Shown here in pieces: positions 1 through 9,926 of a stretch of DNA of 64,000 bases. The notes under the pieces are model-generated. The model saw nothing but the letters and a program-made list of their open reading frames with translations, had not been told where the DNA came from and did no database searches. Position 1 is the stretch's first letter; each line of letters begins with the position of its first letter. Both the position numbers and the translations under genes were made by a program. The stretch is from a virus (taxonomy: Duplodnaviria; Caudoviricetes): IMG/VR virus record IMGVR_UViG_3300033075_001228. The stretch is one strand, 5' to 3'.

Positions 1-291
1 GATGATTTTGCGTATTAGACCTTGGCTTTTGTCGCCACCGAGCACCTTGGTGACGTCAGCGACAGCTACGTCTCTTGCCTTTGACAGCGAAGAGATGCCG
101 CCAAAATTGATTGCTCTTAGCTTTTTGACGATGTCGATGGCAGCTGCCATCTGTTGCTTATCGAAGGCTTCAAAGATCATTCTGCTTCGCTCATCACGAA
201 CTATCTCTGAGATCAATCCATCGATAGATTCAAGGCGTTCTTGAAGCTGGTTAACTTGTTTGATCTCATAGCGTTCTTTAAGCGTTTTCAC
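1..291 (-). CDS. Hypothetical protein, 5' part only (runs off the left edge), MKTLKERYEIKQVNQLQERL...
   Basis: Open frame from GTG at 291 to base 1; GGAG SD upstream; CTATTTA motif at 326-320. Not in the ORF track because it has no stop in the window. Confidence 0.75.
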   Translation of the reverse strand, partial: MKTLKERYEIKQVNQLQERLESIDGLISEIVRDERSRMIFEAFDKQQMAAAIDIVKKLRAINFGGISSLSKARDVAVADVTKVLGGDKSQGLIRKII

Positions 292-353
292 TAACAACGT
301 CTCCTGTATTTACTCATGCTAAATAGGTTGTTACAGTTTACGTATAGGTAGGA

Positions 354-650
354 ATGAGCAGCATGCAGCCAATTGACAAGATCAGCAAGTCTTCATGGGC
401 GCTTCATGAGACAGTGAAAGACACCGTTGCAAATAACATCGTTTTAGCTGTCAGGAGCGGGCAAGTAGCCATTGAACAAAGCATCTTGGAAAGGTTGTTG
501 ACGATCGTTAGCTTGTCTGCTGATGAAGGTTACAACAAAGGCTTCAAGTCGTTTGCTAGGTCTGTTGATGAGGAGCTGAAAACCAGCAAGCCAACGGATC
601 CTGAGGCTTCAAAGCCAGCCAAAAACCAAAATCCTACGAAAAAAAAGTGA
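354..650 (+). CDS. Hypothetical protein
   Basis: 98-aa ORF, AGG-type SD, Lys-rich C-terminus. Confidence 0.7.
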   Translation: MSSMQPIDKISKSSWALHETVKDTVANNIVLAVRSGQVAIEQSILERLLTIVSLSADEGYNKGFKSFARSVDEELKTSKPTDPEASKPAKNQNPTKKK

Positions 651-692
651 CGATTTGGTCTTGGCTTCGTTCAATTTTTCGATAGGACACGA

Positions 693-1157
693 GTGATAAT
701 CGGGCAAAAACACTTGGTTAAGTGTCGATGTGTGCTGCCGCAGTTTAAGCAAGCGGCTCAGCCACCTCGGCATCAGTTCGTTGTGTTTTCAGTCATTGAT
801 AACGACGTAGTCAAACCAAAGTATGCCCAGTGTCCCAACTGCGGCCTGGTTCACAAGGTCGTTGAGATCTCTCGCTCAGAGATCATCAAAAGCAGGGAAT
901 CGATGCCATCGCTCATAACGATTGATGATATCAGGCCTTCCTTACCAGAAACGTTAGCTGCAGTCTTGGACAACAACCATGCTGATCTTCCAACCTGGGA
1001 AGCTGTTCAGTTCATAATTGAAAATAAACGTTGGGGAGAGTTTGTTGTCTTGACGTCAGACACCGAAGACGGTCAAAAGCAAGGCAAGTACGTTCGATTG
1101 ATCGGCGAACGGTTGTTTAAGGTTGACAACTATGTTCGTGACGAGGTTATCAAATGA
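693..1157 (+). CDS. Hypothetical protein with putative Zn-binding motifs
   Basis: CRC and CPNC motifs; ATGA overlap with the next gene. Confidence 0.7.
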   Translation: MIIGQKHLVKCRCVLPQFKQAAQPPRHQFVVFSVIDNDVVKPKYAQCPNCGLVHKVVEISRSEIIKSRESMPSLITIDDIRPSLPETLAAVLDNNHADLPTWEAVQFIIENKRWGEFVVLTSDTEDGQKQGKYVRLIGERLFKVDNYVRDEVIK

Positions 1158-1417
1158 GCAAGATGCTTTATGGTGAGCTTCAATCTGAAAAGCTAGCAGA
1201 TGAAAATCTGGTGTGTAGGCAGATTGTTCGTGAGATTTCACAGTTTGGTGTCACTGAACGACAACGAATGTTGATCATCTTTTTGCTCGCCCTTGAGATT
1301 GAGGATCAGGACAGGATGAGAGAAATCACAGCCTGCGTAAAAGATGTAGCAGGCGACGAGTTGTTCTTGTCAAACCAAAAGATTGAGGAGGCGTCAGGTG
1401 GGTCGTTCAACGTTTAA
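1154..1417 (+). CDS. Hypothetical protein
   Basis: 87-aa ORF, coupled to the upstream gene. Confidence 0.7.
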   Translation: MSKMLYGELQSEKLADENLVCRQIVREISQFGVTERQRMLIIFLLALEIEDQDRMREITACVKDVAGDELFLSNQKIEEASGGSFNV

Positions 1418-1994
1418 CTCTCAGCCTGCTATTAACGCTCATGATGACAGCCAAGTTGTGGTGATCAATGGGCAGATCGATAACTCCAGAATCGTGATGT
1501 TACACGGTGACGTTAACGAACACTCGATTTCGTTGGTCATCGCCCAGCTTCTTCAGCTGGCTAACACAAGCAGGAAACCAATCTATCTTGTTGTTTCAAC
1601 GTATGGTGGCTCGATCGATGAGATGTTTTGTCTCTATGACACGATCAAGCTGCTTCCTTGTGAAGTACACACGATTGCGTTAGGAAAAGTGATGTCTGCT
1701 GGCGTGTTGTTGCTTGCATCAGGAACCAAAGGAAAACGCATGATTGGCGCATCTGTACGGATCATGATGCATCCAATCTGGGGAAGCGCCTCTGGAAACG
1801 TTTTTGAAATTCACAACGAAGCAAAGGAATTTAGCAGGCAGCAAGAGCTATTTGTGGAAACGTTAGCGCGAGAAACCAAGCTAACGCCTGCGCAGATTCA
1901 AAAAATCATGAAAGCAGGGCACGATTTTTACATCATGCCTGATAAAGCCGTCAAGTACGGTATCGTTGATCGCATCTTTGCAAGCGTTCCTTAG
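1398..1994 (+). CDS. clpP: ATP-dependent Clp protease proteolytic subunit-like protein
   Basis: STYGGSIDE, LGKVMSAG (Ser), IMMHP (His), HDFY...AVKYGIVD (Asp); GTG start after GAGGAGG (track start 1383). Confidence 0.9.
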   Translation: MGRSTFNSQPAINAHDDSQVVVINGQIDNSRIVMLHGDVNEHSISLVIAQLLQLANTSRKPIYLVVSTYGGSIDEMFCLYDTIKLLPCEVHTIALGKVMSAGVLLLASGTKGKRMIGASVRIMMHPIWGSASGNVFEIHNEAKEFSRQQELFVETLARETKLTPAQIQKIMKAGHDFYIMPDKAVKYGIVDRIFASVP

Positions 1995-2039
1995 TTGTAA
2001 AGAAGCAAGTTTGGCGGTAGTTTTAAGTCACACAGTTGT

Positions 2040-3737
2040 GTGTCAAGAACACTGCGAATGAAAACACATACGATCAACGATTGGCAACAATACTTTCCTT
2101 TTAGCATCGTTCGCCCAGAACAGGAAAGGGCTGTTGATTTCATCACAAATGCTTTTCTAAATGAACAAAAGCGTTTTGTGATTGTTGAGCTCGGAACAGG
2201 CGTTGGCAAATCTGCAACTGGCGTTGCTGTCGCAAGGTATCTGGCCAGCCTGGCCAGGCCAGTCTCCGCTGAGGAGACGTCTCCAGGAACGTATATTCTT
2301 ACAACACAGAAAGTGTTGCAGGATCAGTACGTAAATGATTTTGGCAGCAACGGTAAAAACCTGTTGAGGTCAATCAAGTCTAGCTCAAACTATACGTGTA
2401 AGCATTACACAGATCAAACTTGTGCATCTTCTCGACGCTTGTTAACGCAGCTTAGAAAACAGCTGGCTGGCACAGATTTTTGGAACTGCTGCAAGGTCAT
2501 GTGTCCCTATGTCCTTGAGAAGCAGGAATTTCTAGATGCAAACATCGGTATCACGAACTTTTCGTACTTCTTGGCTGAGTCAGCTTACGCAGGGAAGATC
2601 ATACCAAGGGACCTTCTAGTCATTGACGAGTGTCATAACGTTGAGCTAGAGCTAGGCAAATTCATCGAAGTAACGTTTTCAGAAAAGTTTGCAAAGGATG
2701 TTTTGAAGGTTAGGGCGCCGCTTCTAAAGAAGAACGATGATGATAACGTAAAAGCTGTGTTTACGTGGGTGACCAAGTCATACAAACCAGCGTTGGTGAA
2801 GCACATCGCTAAGCTGGAGAAACAGCTAGAGAAAAGCGTTGCTAAGGAGCAAGGCCTGACAGACATTAGCAAGCAATACGAGATGCTGGACAAGCACATT
2901 TGCAAGGTCAACAGGTTGGTTGCTTCTTTCAACCCTGACAACTGGGTTGTAAACATTGTTGACCCGAAACCAGGAACTCGTTCTGGTCGCAAATATGAAT
3001 TTAAGCCAATCGATGTGTCAAGCTATAGCCATGACATGCTGTATCGTTTTGGTGCCAGGGTGTTGATGATGTCTGCAACGATCGTTGATCATGATATCTT
3101 CTGCCGGTCAATTGGCATAAACCCCAGCGATGCTGCGTTTTTGAGGATACCTTCCCCGTTTCCGATTGAGAATAGACCCATTCATTACCTTGGCGTTGGT
3201 AAAATGTCAATGAACAACATCGAATCAACGTTGCCAAAGATGGCTGAAGTTGTGTCTATGTTGATGGACCAACACCCAAATGACAAAGGGATTATTCATT
3301 GCGTGTCTTTTAAGGTAGCACAGTACCTTCGTCAAAATGTCAAATCCGACAGGTTGGTGATCCATGATTCGCTAAACAGAGACCAAGTTTTACGAGATCA
3401 CATCGACGGTTCTCGGCCGACCGTGTTGCTGTCCCCATCGATGATGGAAGGCGTCAATTTGGCTGATGACGCAAGCAGGTTTCAGGTGCTGTGCAAGGTT
3501 CCCTTTCCGTATCTTGGCGACAAGGTCGTGAAAAAGAGAAAGCTTCGTGATCCAAAATGGTACCCGTTTCAAACGGCAAAGGCTGTGATTCAGTCAATGG
3601 GCAGAAGCGTTCGAAACGAAAATGACCATGCGGTTTCCTACATCTTAGACGAGGACTGGGATTACTTCTTTAAGCTCAACCAAGCGCTGTTTCCAGATGA
3701 CTTCATCAAGTCATTTGTAACAAGCGGTCGTCGTTGA
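2040..3737 (+). CDS. DinG/XPD (Rad3)-family SF2 helicase
   Basis: Q motif RPEQ, Walker A ELGTGVGKS, DECH, MSAT, EGVNL, QSMGRSVR, Cys cluster compatible with Fe-S binding; true start may be the MKTH ATG. Confidence 0.9.
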   Translation: MSRTLRMKTHTINDWQQYFPFSIVRPEQERAVDFITNAFLNEQKRFVIVELGTGVGKSATGVAVARYLASLARPVSAEETSPGTYILTTQKVLQDQYVNDFGSNGKNLLRSIKSSSNYTCKHYTDQTCASSRRLLTQLRKQLAGTDFWNCCKVMCPYVLEKQEFLDANIGITNFSYFLAESAYAGKIIPRDLLVIDECHNVELELGKFIEVTFSEKFAKDVLKVRAPLLKKNDDDNVKAVFTWVTKSYKPALVKHIAKLEKQLEKSVAKEQGLTDISKQYEMLDKHICKVNRLVASFNPDNWVVNIVDPKPGTRSGRKYEFKPIDVSSYSHDMLYRFGARVLMMSATIVDHDIFCRSIGINPSDAAFLRIPSPFPIENRPIHYLGVGKMSMNNIESTLPKMAEVVSMLMDQHPNDKGIIHCVSFKVAQYLRQNVKSDRLVIHDSLNRDQVLRDHIDGSRPTVLLSPSMMEGVNLADDASRFQVLCKVPFPYLGDKVVKKRKLRDPKWYPFQTAKAVIQSMGRSVRNENDHAVSYILDEDWDYFFKLNQALFPDDFIKSFVTSGRR

Positions 3738-3792
3738 ACAAAATGGTTTACAGGATGCCCAGGTATGATAGTGTCATGTTGGAGGTTTTGTA

Positions 3793-4017
3793 ATGGATGA
3801 ATCGAGCGTTGTGTCAAAGTGGAATGAACTGAAGGTTCTTGTCGAGGCCCTTGAGCTTGACATGCAGAAAAATGCAAACGGAAATGCTTCTTCTGGGGTT
3901 CGTGTACGAAAAGGGCTACGTGATCTGAAGTCGCGCGCTGCTGAGCTTGTCAAGCTAACCATCAGCCTTGACAAGGAAAAGAAGGCCAACAAGCCGCCCA
4001 AGGAAAAGAAAGCCTAA
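3793..4017 (+). CDS. Histone H1-like Hc1-family protein
   Basis: KNANGNASSGVRVRKGLRDLK resembles the Hc1 core (GNKAAGxRARK); Lys-rich tail; GGAGG SD. Confidence 0.75.
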   Translation: MDESSVVSKWNELKVLVEALELDMQKNANGNASSGVRVRKGLRDLKSRAAELVKLTISLDKEKKANKPPKEKKA

Positions 4018-4105
4018 AGTGTCAAAGGGCTTTTGAAGCTTGTGTGGGTGCCTCATAGGCACCCACTGCTGTATGAACCTACTTATCGTTAGCGTCGGAG
4101 AAGTA

Positions 4106-4531
4106 ATGCCATCATCAAAAGCAGTGTTAAGAGACATCCATGATTTGGCCCTTAACCCAAAGGTAGCCTACAAAAACGTTAGACCTTCTGGTCGGCTGCA
4201 AAGCCAACATCACGTTGCTAGGCACATTGAGTCCGAGAAGCAAGACGTTGTTGCTGACGAAGCGTTGCTGGCTGATGTGGAAGTTAAACCTGTGACAACA
4301 AATCTAGATGAATTTGTTCTTGAACCCGCGATTGAGTTTGTTGCAGCGGAGCCTGTTCAATCAGTTGAGCAGCCAAGCTTTGTTCAGGTTGTTGAGCCCG
4401 AAGTAATAGCAACCGTAGATGTTGTTGAGGCTGCGGAAGCAGTTGAACCTGAGAAGCCTTTACGGCTAGCTAAACCAAAGCCAACTAACAAACTAAAGGA
4501 AACCAAAGCAACGCAGAAAAACAACAAATGA
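4106..4531 (+). CDS. Hypothetical protein, acidic/Pro-rich middle and basic C-terminus
   Basis: ATG (MPSSK) after GGAG is a likelier start than TTG 4040. Confidence 0.6.
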   Translation: MPSSKAVLRDIHDLALNPKVAYKNVRPSGRLQSQHHVARHIESEKQDVVADEALLADVEVKPVTTNLDEFVLEPAIEFVAAEPVQSVEQPSFVQVVEPEVIATVDVVEAAEAVEPEKPLRLAKPKPTNKLKETKATQKNNK

Positions 4532-4534
4532 ACG

Positions 4535-4819
4535 TTAGCTTATGTTACGGATCTTTTCAAAGATCCCCTTCTCAATCTGGCAGATTCTCATGCGGGTCAG
4601 ACCGTAAATTTGACCGATTTTTTGAAGCGTATGAGGTCCATCTTGCGCAGCAATGATGACGCAGTTGTTGCTTTCCGCGTGTTCAATCCACTGTGGGCAC
4701 GACTTGCGTAAGCAGTTTACGTTATGCTGAGCCTGTACGCGAAAGCACGTTGTACCGGGAACAACTTTCTGGTCGTCTGCTTTTTGAATAACGTTCAAGT
4801 GTTTTTTGCCCTTTTGCAT
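4535..4819 (-). CDS. Stand-alone sigma-70 region-4 HTH protein with a 4-Cys N-terminal domain
   Basis: PHTLQKIGQIYGLTRMRICQIEKGIFEKIR matches the region 4.2 consensus TLxEIGxxxxxTRERIRQIExKALxKLR. Confidence 0.8.
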   Translation of the reverse strand: MQKGKKHLNVIQKADDQKVVPGTTCFRVQAQHNVNCLRKSCPQWIEHAESNNCVIIAAQDGPHTLQKIGQIYGLTRMRICQIEKGIFEKIRNIS

Positions 4820-4840
4820 TGTTTGGTGCTCAGCTTGAGT

Positions 4841-4875
4841 TGGTATAATGTAACAACGAAGGCTCTTCGTGTACA
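4841..4875. promoter_or_regulatory. Overlapping divergent promoters
   Basis: + strand extended -10 TGGTATAAT (4841-4849) towards phoH; - strand TGTACA-N17-TACATT (4875-4847) towards the sigma-4 gene. Confidence 0.5.
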
Positions 4876-4934
4876 AAAAGGTTGGTATTTGAGCTAAATG
4901 AGTGTGTTAATACCACACGTTCAGGACAGGAAAA

Positions 4935-6317
4935 TTGAAGACTTACATCATTGATACTAACGTTTTGCTGAGTGACGCGAATGCGATGCATTCTTTTGAA
5001 GAAAACGATGTGATCATACCTCTCGTTACGCTAGAAGAGCTTGATGCGCATAAAACTCGGCAAGATGAGGTTGGGAAAACAGCCAGAGAAGTCAATCGAC
5101 GCCTTGACGACCTTAGGAAGCTCGGAAGCCTTAAGGACGGCATCAAGCTACCAAACGGCGGAACCTTAAAAGTAGTAGCAGTTGAACCAGGCGTCAAGCT
5201 AGACCTACCAGGCGAGCTTGATGCGACAAAGGTTGACAACATCATCATCGCCCTAGCTTATCAGCTAAGCCAAAAGAATGATCCGCAATACGTCCTAGTG
5301 TCAAAAGACGTAAACGTTCGAATCAAGTGCGACAGCCTTGGGATCAAGTGTGAAGACTACCTCAAGATGAGGGTGACGTCAGATCCGCAGAAGTTTTACC
5401 GAGGCGTGGAAGTCGTAGAGCTTGACGAGCAGCTGATCGATCAATTCTACTCTGCTGGCGAGCTAGTGCTGCCGCCAGCAGCCTGTAGTCAAAAGCTGTT
5501 TCCAAATCAGATCGTTGTGATCAAAAATGTTGTCAATGGACAGACAGTAAAGTCAGCAATCACCAGGCATCCATCGACTAATGGGCGTTTGGTTCCCGTG
5601 TCTAGGATTGAACAGGTTTTTGGTCTTAAGCCACGAAACAAGGAGCAAAGCTTTTCGCTGGACCTGTTGCTTAACCCAGACATCAAGCTGCTGACGCTAG
5701 TTGGCCCGTCAGGAACGGGAAAAACGTTGTTAGCACTGGCAGCTGCTCTTGAACAGCTGAAAGGAATTGGTACAAACGGAAAGTATGACAAGCTAATCGT
5801 CACACGACCAGTTCAACCAGTCGGAAAAGAGATCGGTTTTTTGCCTGGAACATTGGCTGAAAAGATGGAGCCATGGATCGCTCCTATCCGTGATAACCTT
5901 GCGTTTTTGATGAGCAGCAAACGACCGCCCCATAGACACGGAAAATCCTATGACGGAGGCAAACCTAGACACGACGACGGTACGTATCTTTCTTTGATGC
6001 AGGATCGTGGATTGATTGAGATTGAAGCGATCACGTTCATTCGTGGCCGTTCCATCCCAAATGCATTCATCGTCATCGACGAAGCCCAAAACCTTTCGAT
6101 GCATGAGCTGAAAACGATCATCACTCGTGCTGGTGATGGGACCAAGATTGTTTTGACAGGTGACATCGAACAGATTGATAACGTACACGTAGATGCGTAT
6201 ACAAACGGTCTTACGTACGCCGTGGAGCGCTTCAAGGATTATCCGATTGCTGGCCATGTCACCCTTCTTAAGGGAGAAAGAAGCACTTTGGCTACGCTTG
6301 CGTCTCAGATCCTTTGA
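4935..6317 (+). CDS. phoH: PIN-PhoH (PhoH2/YlaK-type) protein
   Basis: PIN motifs IDTNVLL, LEELD, DNIII, SKDVNVRIK; PhoH motifs GPSGTGKT, GFLPG, IRGRSI, DEAQN, GDIEQID. Confidence 0.93.
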   Translation: MKTYIIDTNVLLSDANAMHSFEENDVIIPLVTLEELDAHKTRQDEVGKTAREVNRRLDDLRKLGSLKDGIKLPNGGTLKVVAVEPGVKLDLPGELDATKVDNIIIALAYQLSQKNDPQYVLVSKDVNVRIKCDSLGIKCEDYLKMRVTSDPQKFYRGVEVVELDEQLIDQFYSAGELVLPPAACSQKLFPNQIVVIKNVVNGQTVKSAITRHPSTNGRLVPVSRIEQVFGLKPRNKEQSFSLDLLLNPDIKLLTLVGPSGTGKTLLALAAALEQLKGIGTNGKYDKLIVTRPVQPVGKEIGFLPGTLAEKMEPWIAPIRDNLAFLMSSKRPPHRHGKSYDGGKPRHDDGTYLSLMQDRGLIEIEAITFIRGRSIPNAFIVIDEAQNLSMHELKTIITRAGDGTKIVLTGDIEQIDNVHVDAYTNGLTYAVERFKDYPIAGHVTLLKGERSTLATLASQIL

Positions 6318-6344
6318 GCGTTTAGAAAGCTAGATCAAACACCA

Positions 6345-6381
6345 AACGCACCGGTAGTTGGCTCGTAGCTACCGGTGCGTT
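6345..6381 (+). terminator. Stem-loop after phoH
   Basis: AACGCACCGGTAG ... CTACCGGTGCGTT, 13-bp inverted repeat; weak U-tract. Confidence 0.65.
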
Positions 6382-6428
6382 GTATATTTGCGACAGAAGA
6401 TAAACGTTAGCTAACGTTTGGAGGTCAG

Positions 6429-7427
6429 GTGTCGGGCATTCTTGACAGCAAATCACGTGTTTTAGACACTGTCGTTACGTTAGAAGGACGACGGCAGATT
6501 GCTAACGCAGATCTTCAGATTAGGTACGTGTCGTTTACAGACGGAGCGACGTACTACAGGCCAGATCTTGTTTCTGGCTCTGCAGACGCATCGTCTCGCA
6601 TCTACCTAGAGCAGTGTCACCTGCCACAGGACTCTATCACGTTAGAGGCGGATGATTCTGGTAAGCTATCGCCGTTTGGAAACGCTGCTGGGCTTTCTGT
6701 TAAGGATGGTCAAATACTTGCGTATTCATTTGATGCATTGACAGCCTCTGTCCTTACTGGCTCAAGGCAAGAAGTAAGGATTCTTAAAGGTGACGAATTC
6801 GCTTCAACTGCTGCAACTTTGCTAGCGTCGTCAATTGATAACTTCACGAATCTTAGGTTGATAGGCACAAAAGACCTGATCTTTGAAGATGATGGCTTCG
6901 CTGCAGGTCCGTCACGCGTAGAGTTCACTATTCACAACAACAAACCAATCCCAGATGCAACGAGTCATGTAGCTCATATCAATCATCTTGAAAGTTTGTT
7001 TCAAGACGTCAGGCTTAGCAAGGTGATCAACTTCAGGTATCTCCCGCCGATCAACAAACTGAGCGACAATTCGATCGACAAAAAAGACCATAGAAACACG
7101 GGTCCACACCAGCTCGGTTACTACAAGCCCTGGGGCCGTTCACACGCTTCCGGGCTTTCACCTGCTCAGTTAGAGCATGAGCTTCAACACTACAAGAGCA
7201 TCGGGTACTGCAAAGAAGTTAACTTTGATCCGACGTCACGTGACAACAACCTCGTTGGCCAGTTTTTTGAGGTTGGGTTTAACGTCATGAAAAAACTTGA
7301 CGTTATCGATTACGGCTGGTATACGTGGAAAGGCGCTCGTCGCCACGCGTTTTTTGTCGGTAAGGTGATGACAGATGAAAATGGTTCACATACCTTCATT
7401 CACTTGTTTACGCTAGTGTTTGGGTGA
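6429..7427 (+). CDS. Putative virion (baseplate/tail-collar-like) protein
   Basis: N-terminus GILD..VLDTVVTLEGRRQIA is paralogous to the 16334 gene; sits in the structural block. Confidence 0.55.
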   Translation: MSGILDSKSRVLDTVVTLEGRRQIANADLQIRYVSFTDGATYYRPDLVSGSADASSRIYLEQCHLPQDSITLEADDSGKLSPFGNAAGLSVKDGQILAYSFDALTASVLTGSRQEVRILKGDEFASTAATLLASSIDNFTNLRLIGTKDLIFEDDGFAAGPSRVEFTIHNNKPIPDATSHVAHINHLESLFQDVRLSKVINFRYLPPINKLSDNSIDKKDHRNTGPHQLGYYKPWGRSHASGLSPAQLEHELQHYKSIGYCKEVNFDPTSRDNNLVGQFFEVGFNVMKKLDVIDYGWYTWKGARRHAFFVGKVMTDENGSHTFIHLFTLVFG

Positions 7428-7433
7428 TTCCAC

Positions 7434-9926
7434 ATGTACTTTAGGTTTAACCGTCGCTATGACCTGTTGACAGTTGGTGATGATTTTGCACACCTTCGTG
7501 CGGTCAAACCAAATGGCGACCTGGTCTTTGATCTGTATTACAGCATAAATCCTGGACACGCTGTTGAACACGAGGCGTTAACTGTCAAGGTCACCGTTCA
7601 GTCAAGGACGATTAAGCAAAGGCCTGTTTTAGAAAACACACACACAGGGTTTGTAGACACTCGAAAGCTCGTGGAAAATGTGTTGACACAGGTTCCAGCA
7701 GCCAAGAGCGCCATCAAGCAACAGTCTGAGTTTGTTGTTGCGACGCACAACAGCGACATATCAGCGCATATCAACAACGAAATTGTGGGTCAGCTGAAGG
7801 CAAAGGTTCATCCGAAAAACATCCAGCAACTAAACAAATCAACTATGAAGCTTGTGCAAGCTTCTGAGATAAAGGCCGCTGCGGATGCAAAGCCGGTGCT
7901 TCAGCAAGTTGCACATCAATTTGTTTCTGACGTTGATGCTATACACTCTGCGTCTATTGATCAGAATCCGACGCGGCTGATGCATGACATGATTGTCAGG
8001 CAAGGCCTGGATCCGTCGTACATCCTACAGATGACGCATCGTAGCGTACCATCTGTTGATTCTGTTGGTGGCATCCTTCGTTCGACCAGGGCTCCAGAGT
8101 TTGAAGAAAGTCCTGCCACAAAGCTTCTAAATTTCCACATCTTTGCGCCCGGAACTCATCTTAGACCAACCACGACCAGGCAGGTGCCTGACTCAAAGTC
8201 AGTTCACATTCTTGTCAACGAACCTAAGGTAACGTCAGAAATCTCTACTTCTGTTCTCATTCCTCGTCACGCTCGTTTTCTTGACGGCAAAGATCAATCG
8301 CACTTTTTTGTTAAGTTTGAGCTGTTGAATGGTCGCACTGGCGTTGCAGTTGATTCTGTCGTTCGCGCGTTGGATGTCGCCCGTCATGTGCAGCTTTACA
8401 ACACGCCAAAAAAGCCGCCAGTGGTTAAGGTGACTAAGTCTGAAGTTTCATCACGAGCCAACCTTGAGATTAAGCAAGTTGACCCTGGCGCTACTGCTGT
8501 TCGTGTGTACAAAAAGAATTTGCTACGCGCGGTTGTTGAAACTGACGACTATTCGTTGATTGGAACGTATGACGTTAAACACAATGAGCAGTCTTTGTTG
8601 GTTCAGGTTGATGTTCCAACAAACTCTACAGCAATTTACAGGGTTGTGCCTGTTGGCGCACAGGGTACGTTAGGGTTTGAGTACACTAACGTTGTCGTGA
8701 GACCCAAGAGGTTTAAGCCCGTGAAGGCGCTTTCGCTCACAGCGCAGCCAATTGACATAGGTGTACGTCTTGAGGCTCGTCACATTCCACAAAAGGTGGT
8801 TGCGATTGAGTTCAAAGCTAGGAACAAAACAGTCTTTGAAAAGGAATTTCGAAACGTTGGCGGCAGCCTTACGCTGGTGGACGACGCAGTTCGAACGTCA
8901 GACTTTGTCACTGTTGTTGACCGTGATGTTGCCCCTAACAACATTTACGAATACATCGCCAGACTTGTTTACGAAAGCGGCACGTTAGAAGAGTCAGGTA
9001 ACGCAGTGACAGAGTTTATGCAACCGACGCCTGGGAAGGTTGACACCAAGATTGAAAATCTGGTCGTTGATCAGATCGCTGAGCCTAACGTTACGTTTAC
9101 AATCACAACAAACATCATTGACAACAACCTAGACGTCGTAAAAACGCTGCTGCAACGTCGTGACATCTATGAGCTTTTTAAGGGTGATGTTACGCGTGAA
9201 CGAGAGTTTCTAAAAGACCTGATCGCACACAACGTTCAAAGGGTTGACCTTACGACCGGTCGCAGGGATGACTTTGGCATCGTAACTTCACTGTCGTTTT
9301 CTGACAACGATCTGAGAAAAAACCAAGCAATCCCAGCCTTGCAGCTTGGTCATCGTTACAGGTATGAGGTGACAGCATTGCTCCGTGCCCCCGAGACAAT
9401 GTTTGAAACGCTAACAAAGGAAAAGGTTGATGCTGTCACCAAAAAAACCTACGCGTTCAAGCCTGCTAAGTTTCTTCATCCAGTGACATTGAAGCGCGGC
9501 GTGATTGTGTCATCATCTGGTCTTAAGACGCGCTACTCAAAAGAGCCATTGGCGCACGGTGCGATTGGGGCCATTGAGTCAGTGGAAGTGTCGTTTGACA
9601 TAGAGCCTGCAAAAATCGTGGATCCTAGCGCAGCAAAATTCGATAAGTACTTAAACGTTATAACGTGGAAGGTACAGGGCTCAGTCGATCAGGTTGATCA
9701 CTTTTTGATCATGAAGGACGTTCACGGCGTTCGTACAATGGTTGGAAAAGCACATTCTGAGTTTCCTTATGGAAATTGTCAGTACTTGCACCCAGTCACC
9801 CGCAGGGACGAAGGCTCGTTTGAATACGTCATCGTTCCAGTGTTCAATGACTACAAGACGGGAACGCCTGTGGTGACAAATAACGTTGCTGTTGAATCGC
9901 TACCGAAAGTTAGAAAGTTGGTCTGA
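7434..9926 (+). CDS. Large putative virion protein with Fn3-like repeats
   Basis: 830 aa; repeated D...YxYxV beta-sandwich ends (NNIYEYIAR, HRYRYEV, FEYVIVPV). Confidence 0.55.
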   Translation: MYFRFNRRYDLLTVGDDFAHLRAVKPNGDLVFDLYYSINPGHAVEHEALTVKVTVQSRTIKQRPVLENTHTGFVDTRKLVENVLTQVPAAKSAIKQQSEFVVATHNSDISAHINNEIVGQLKAKVHPKNIQQLNKSTMKLVQASEIKAAADAKPVLQQVAHQFVSDVDAIHSASIDQNPTRLMHDMIVRQGLDPSYILQMTHRSVPSVDSVGGILRSTRAPEFEESPATKLLNFHIFAPGTHLRPTTTRQVPDSKSVHILVNEPKVTSEISTSVLIPRHARFLDGKDQSHFFVKFELLNGRTGVAVDSVVRALDVARHVQLYNTPKKPPVVKVTKSEVSSRANLEIKQVDPGATAVRVYKKNLLRAVVETDDYSLIGTYDVKHNEQSLLVQVDVPTNSTAIYRVVPVGAQGTLGFEYTNVVVRPKRFKPVKALSLTAQPIDIGVRLEARHIPQKVVAIEFKARNKTVFEKEFRNVGGSLTLVDDAVRTSDFVTVVDRDVAPNNIYEYIARLVYESGTLEESGNAVTEFMQPTPGKVDTKIENLVVDQIAEPNVTFTITTNIIDNNLDVVKTLLQRRDIYELFKGDVTREREFLKDLIAHNVQRVDLTTGRRDDFGIVTSLSFSDNDLRKNQAIPALQLGHRYRYEVTALLRAPETMFETLTKEKVDAVTKKTYAFKPAKFLHPVTLKRGVIVSSSGLKTRYSKEPLAHGAIGAIESVEVSFDIEPAKIVDPSAAKFDKYLNVITWKVQGSVDQVDHFLIMKDVHGVRTMVGKAHSEFPYGNCQYLHPVTRRDEGSFEYVIVPVFNDYKTGTPVVTNNVAVESLPKVRKLV

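Noticed and set aside
2-244. 80-aa + strand ORF in the track
   Set aside because: It is the shadow of a better - strand gene (291 to the edge) that has an SD and a promoter motif
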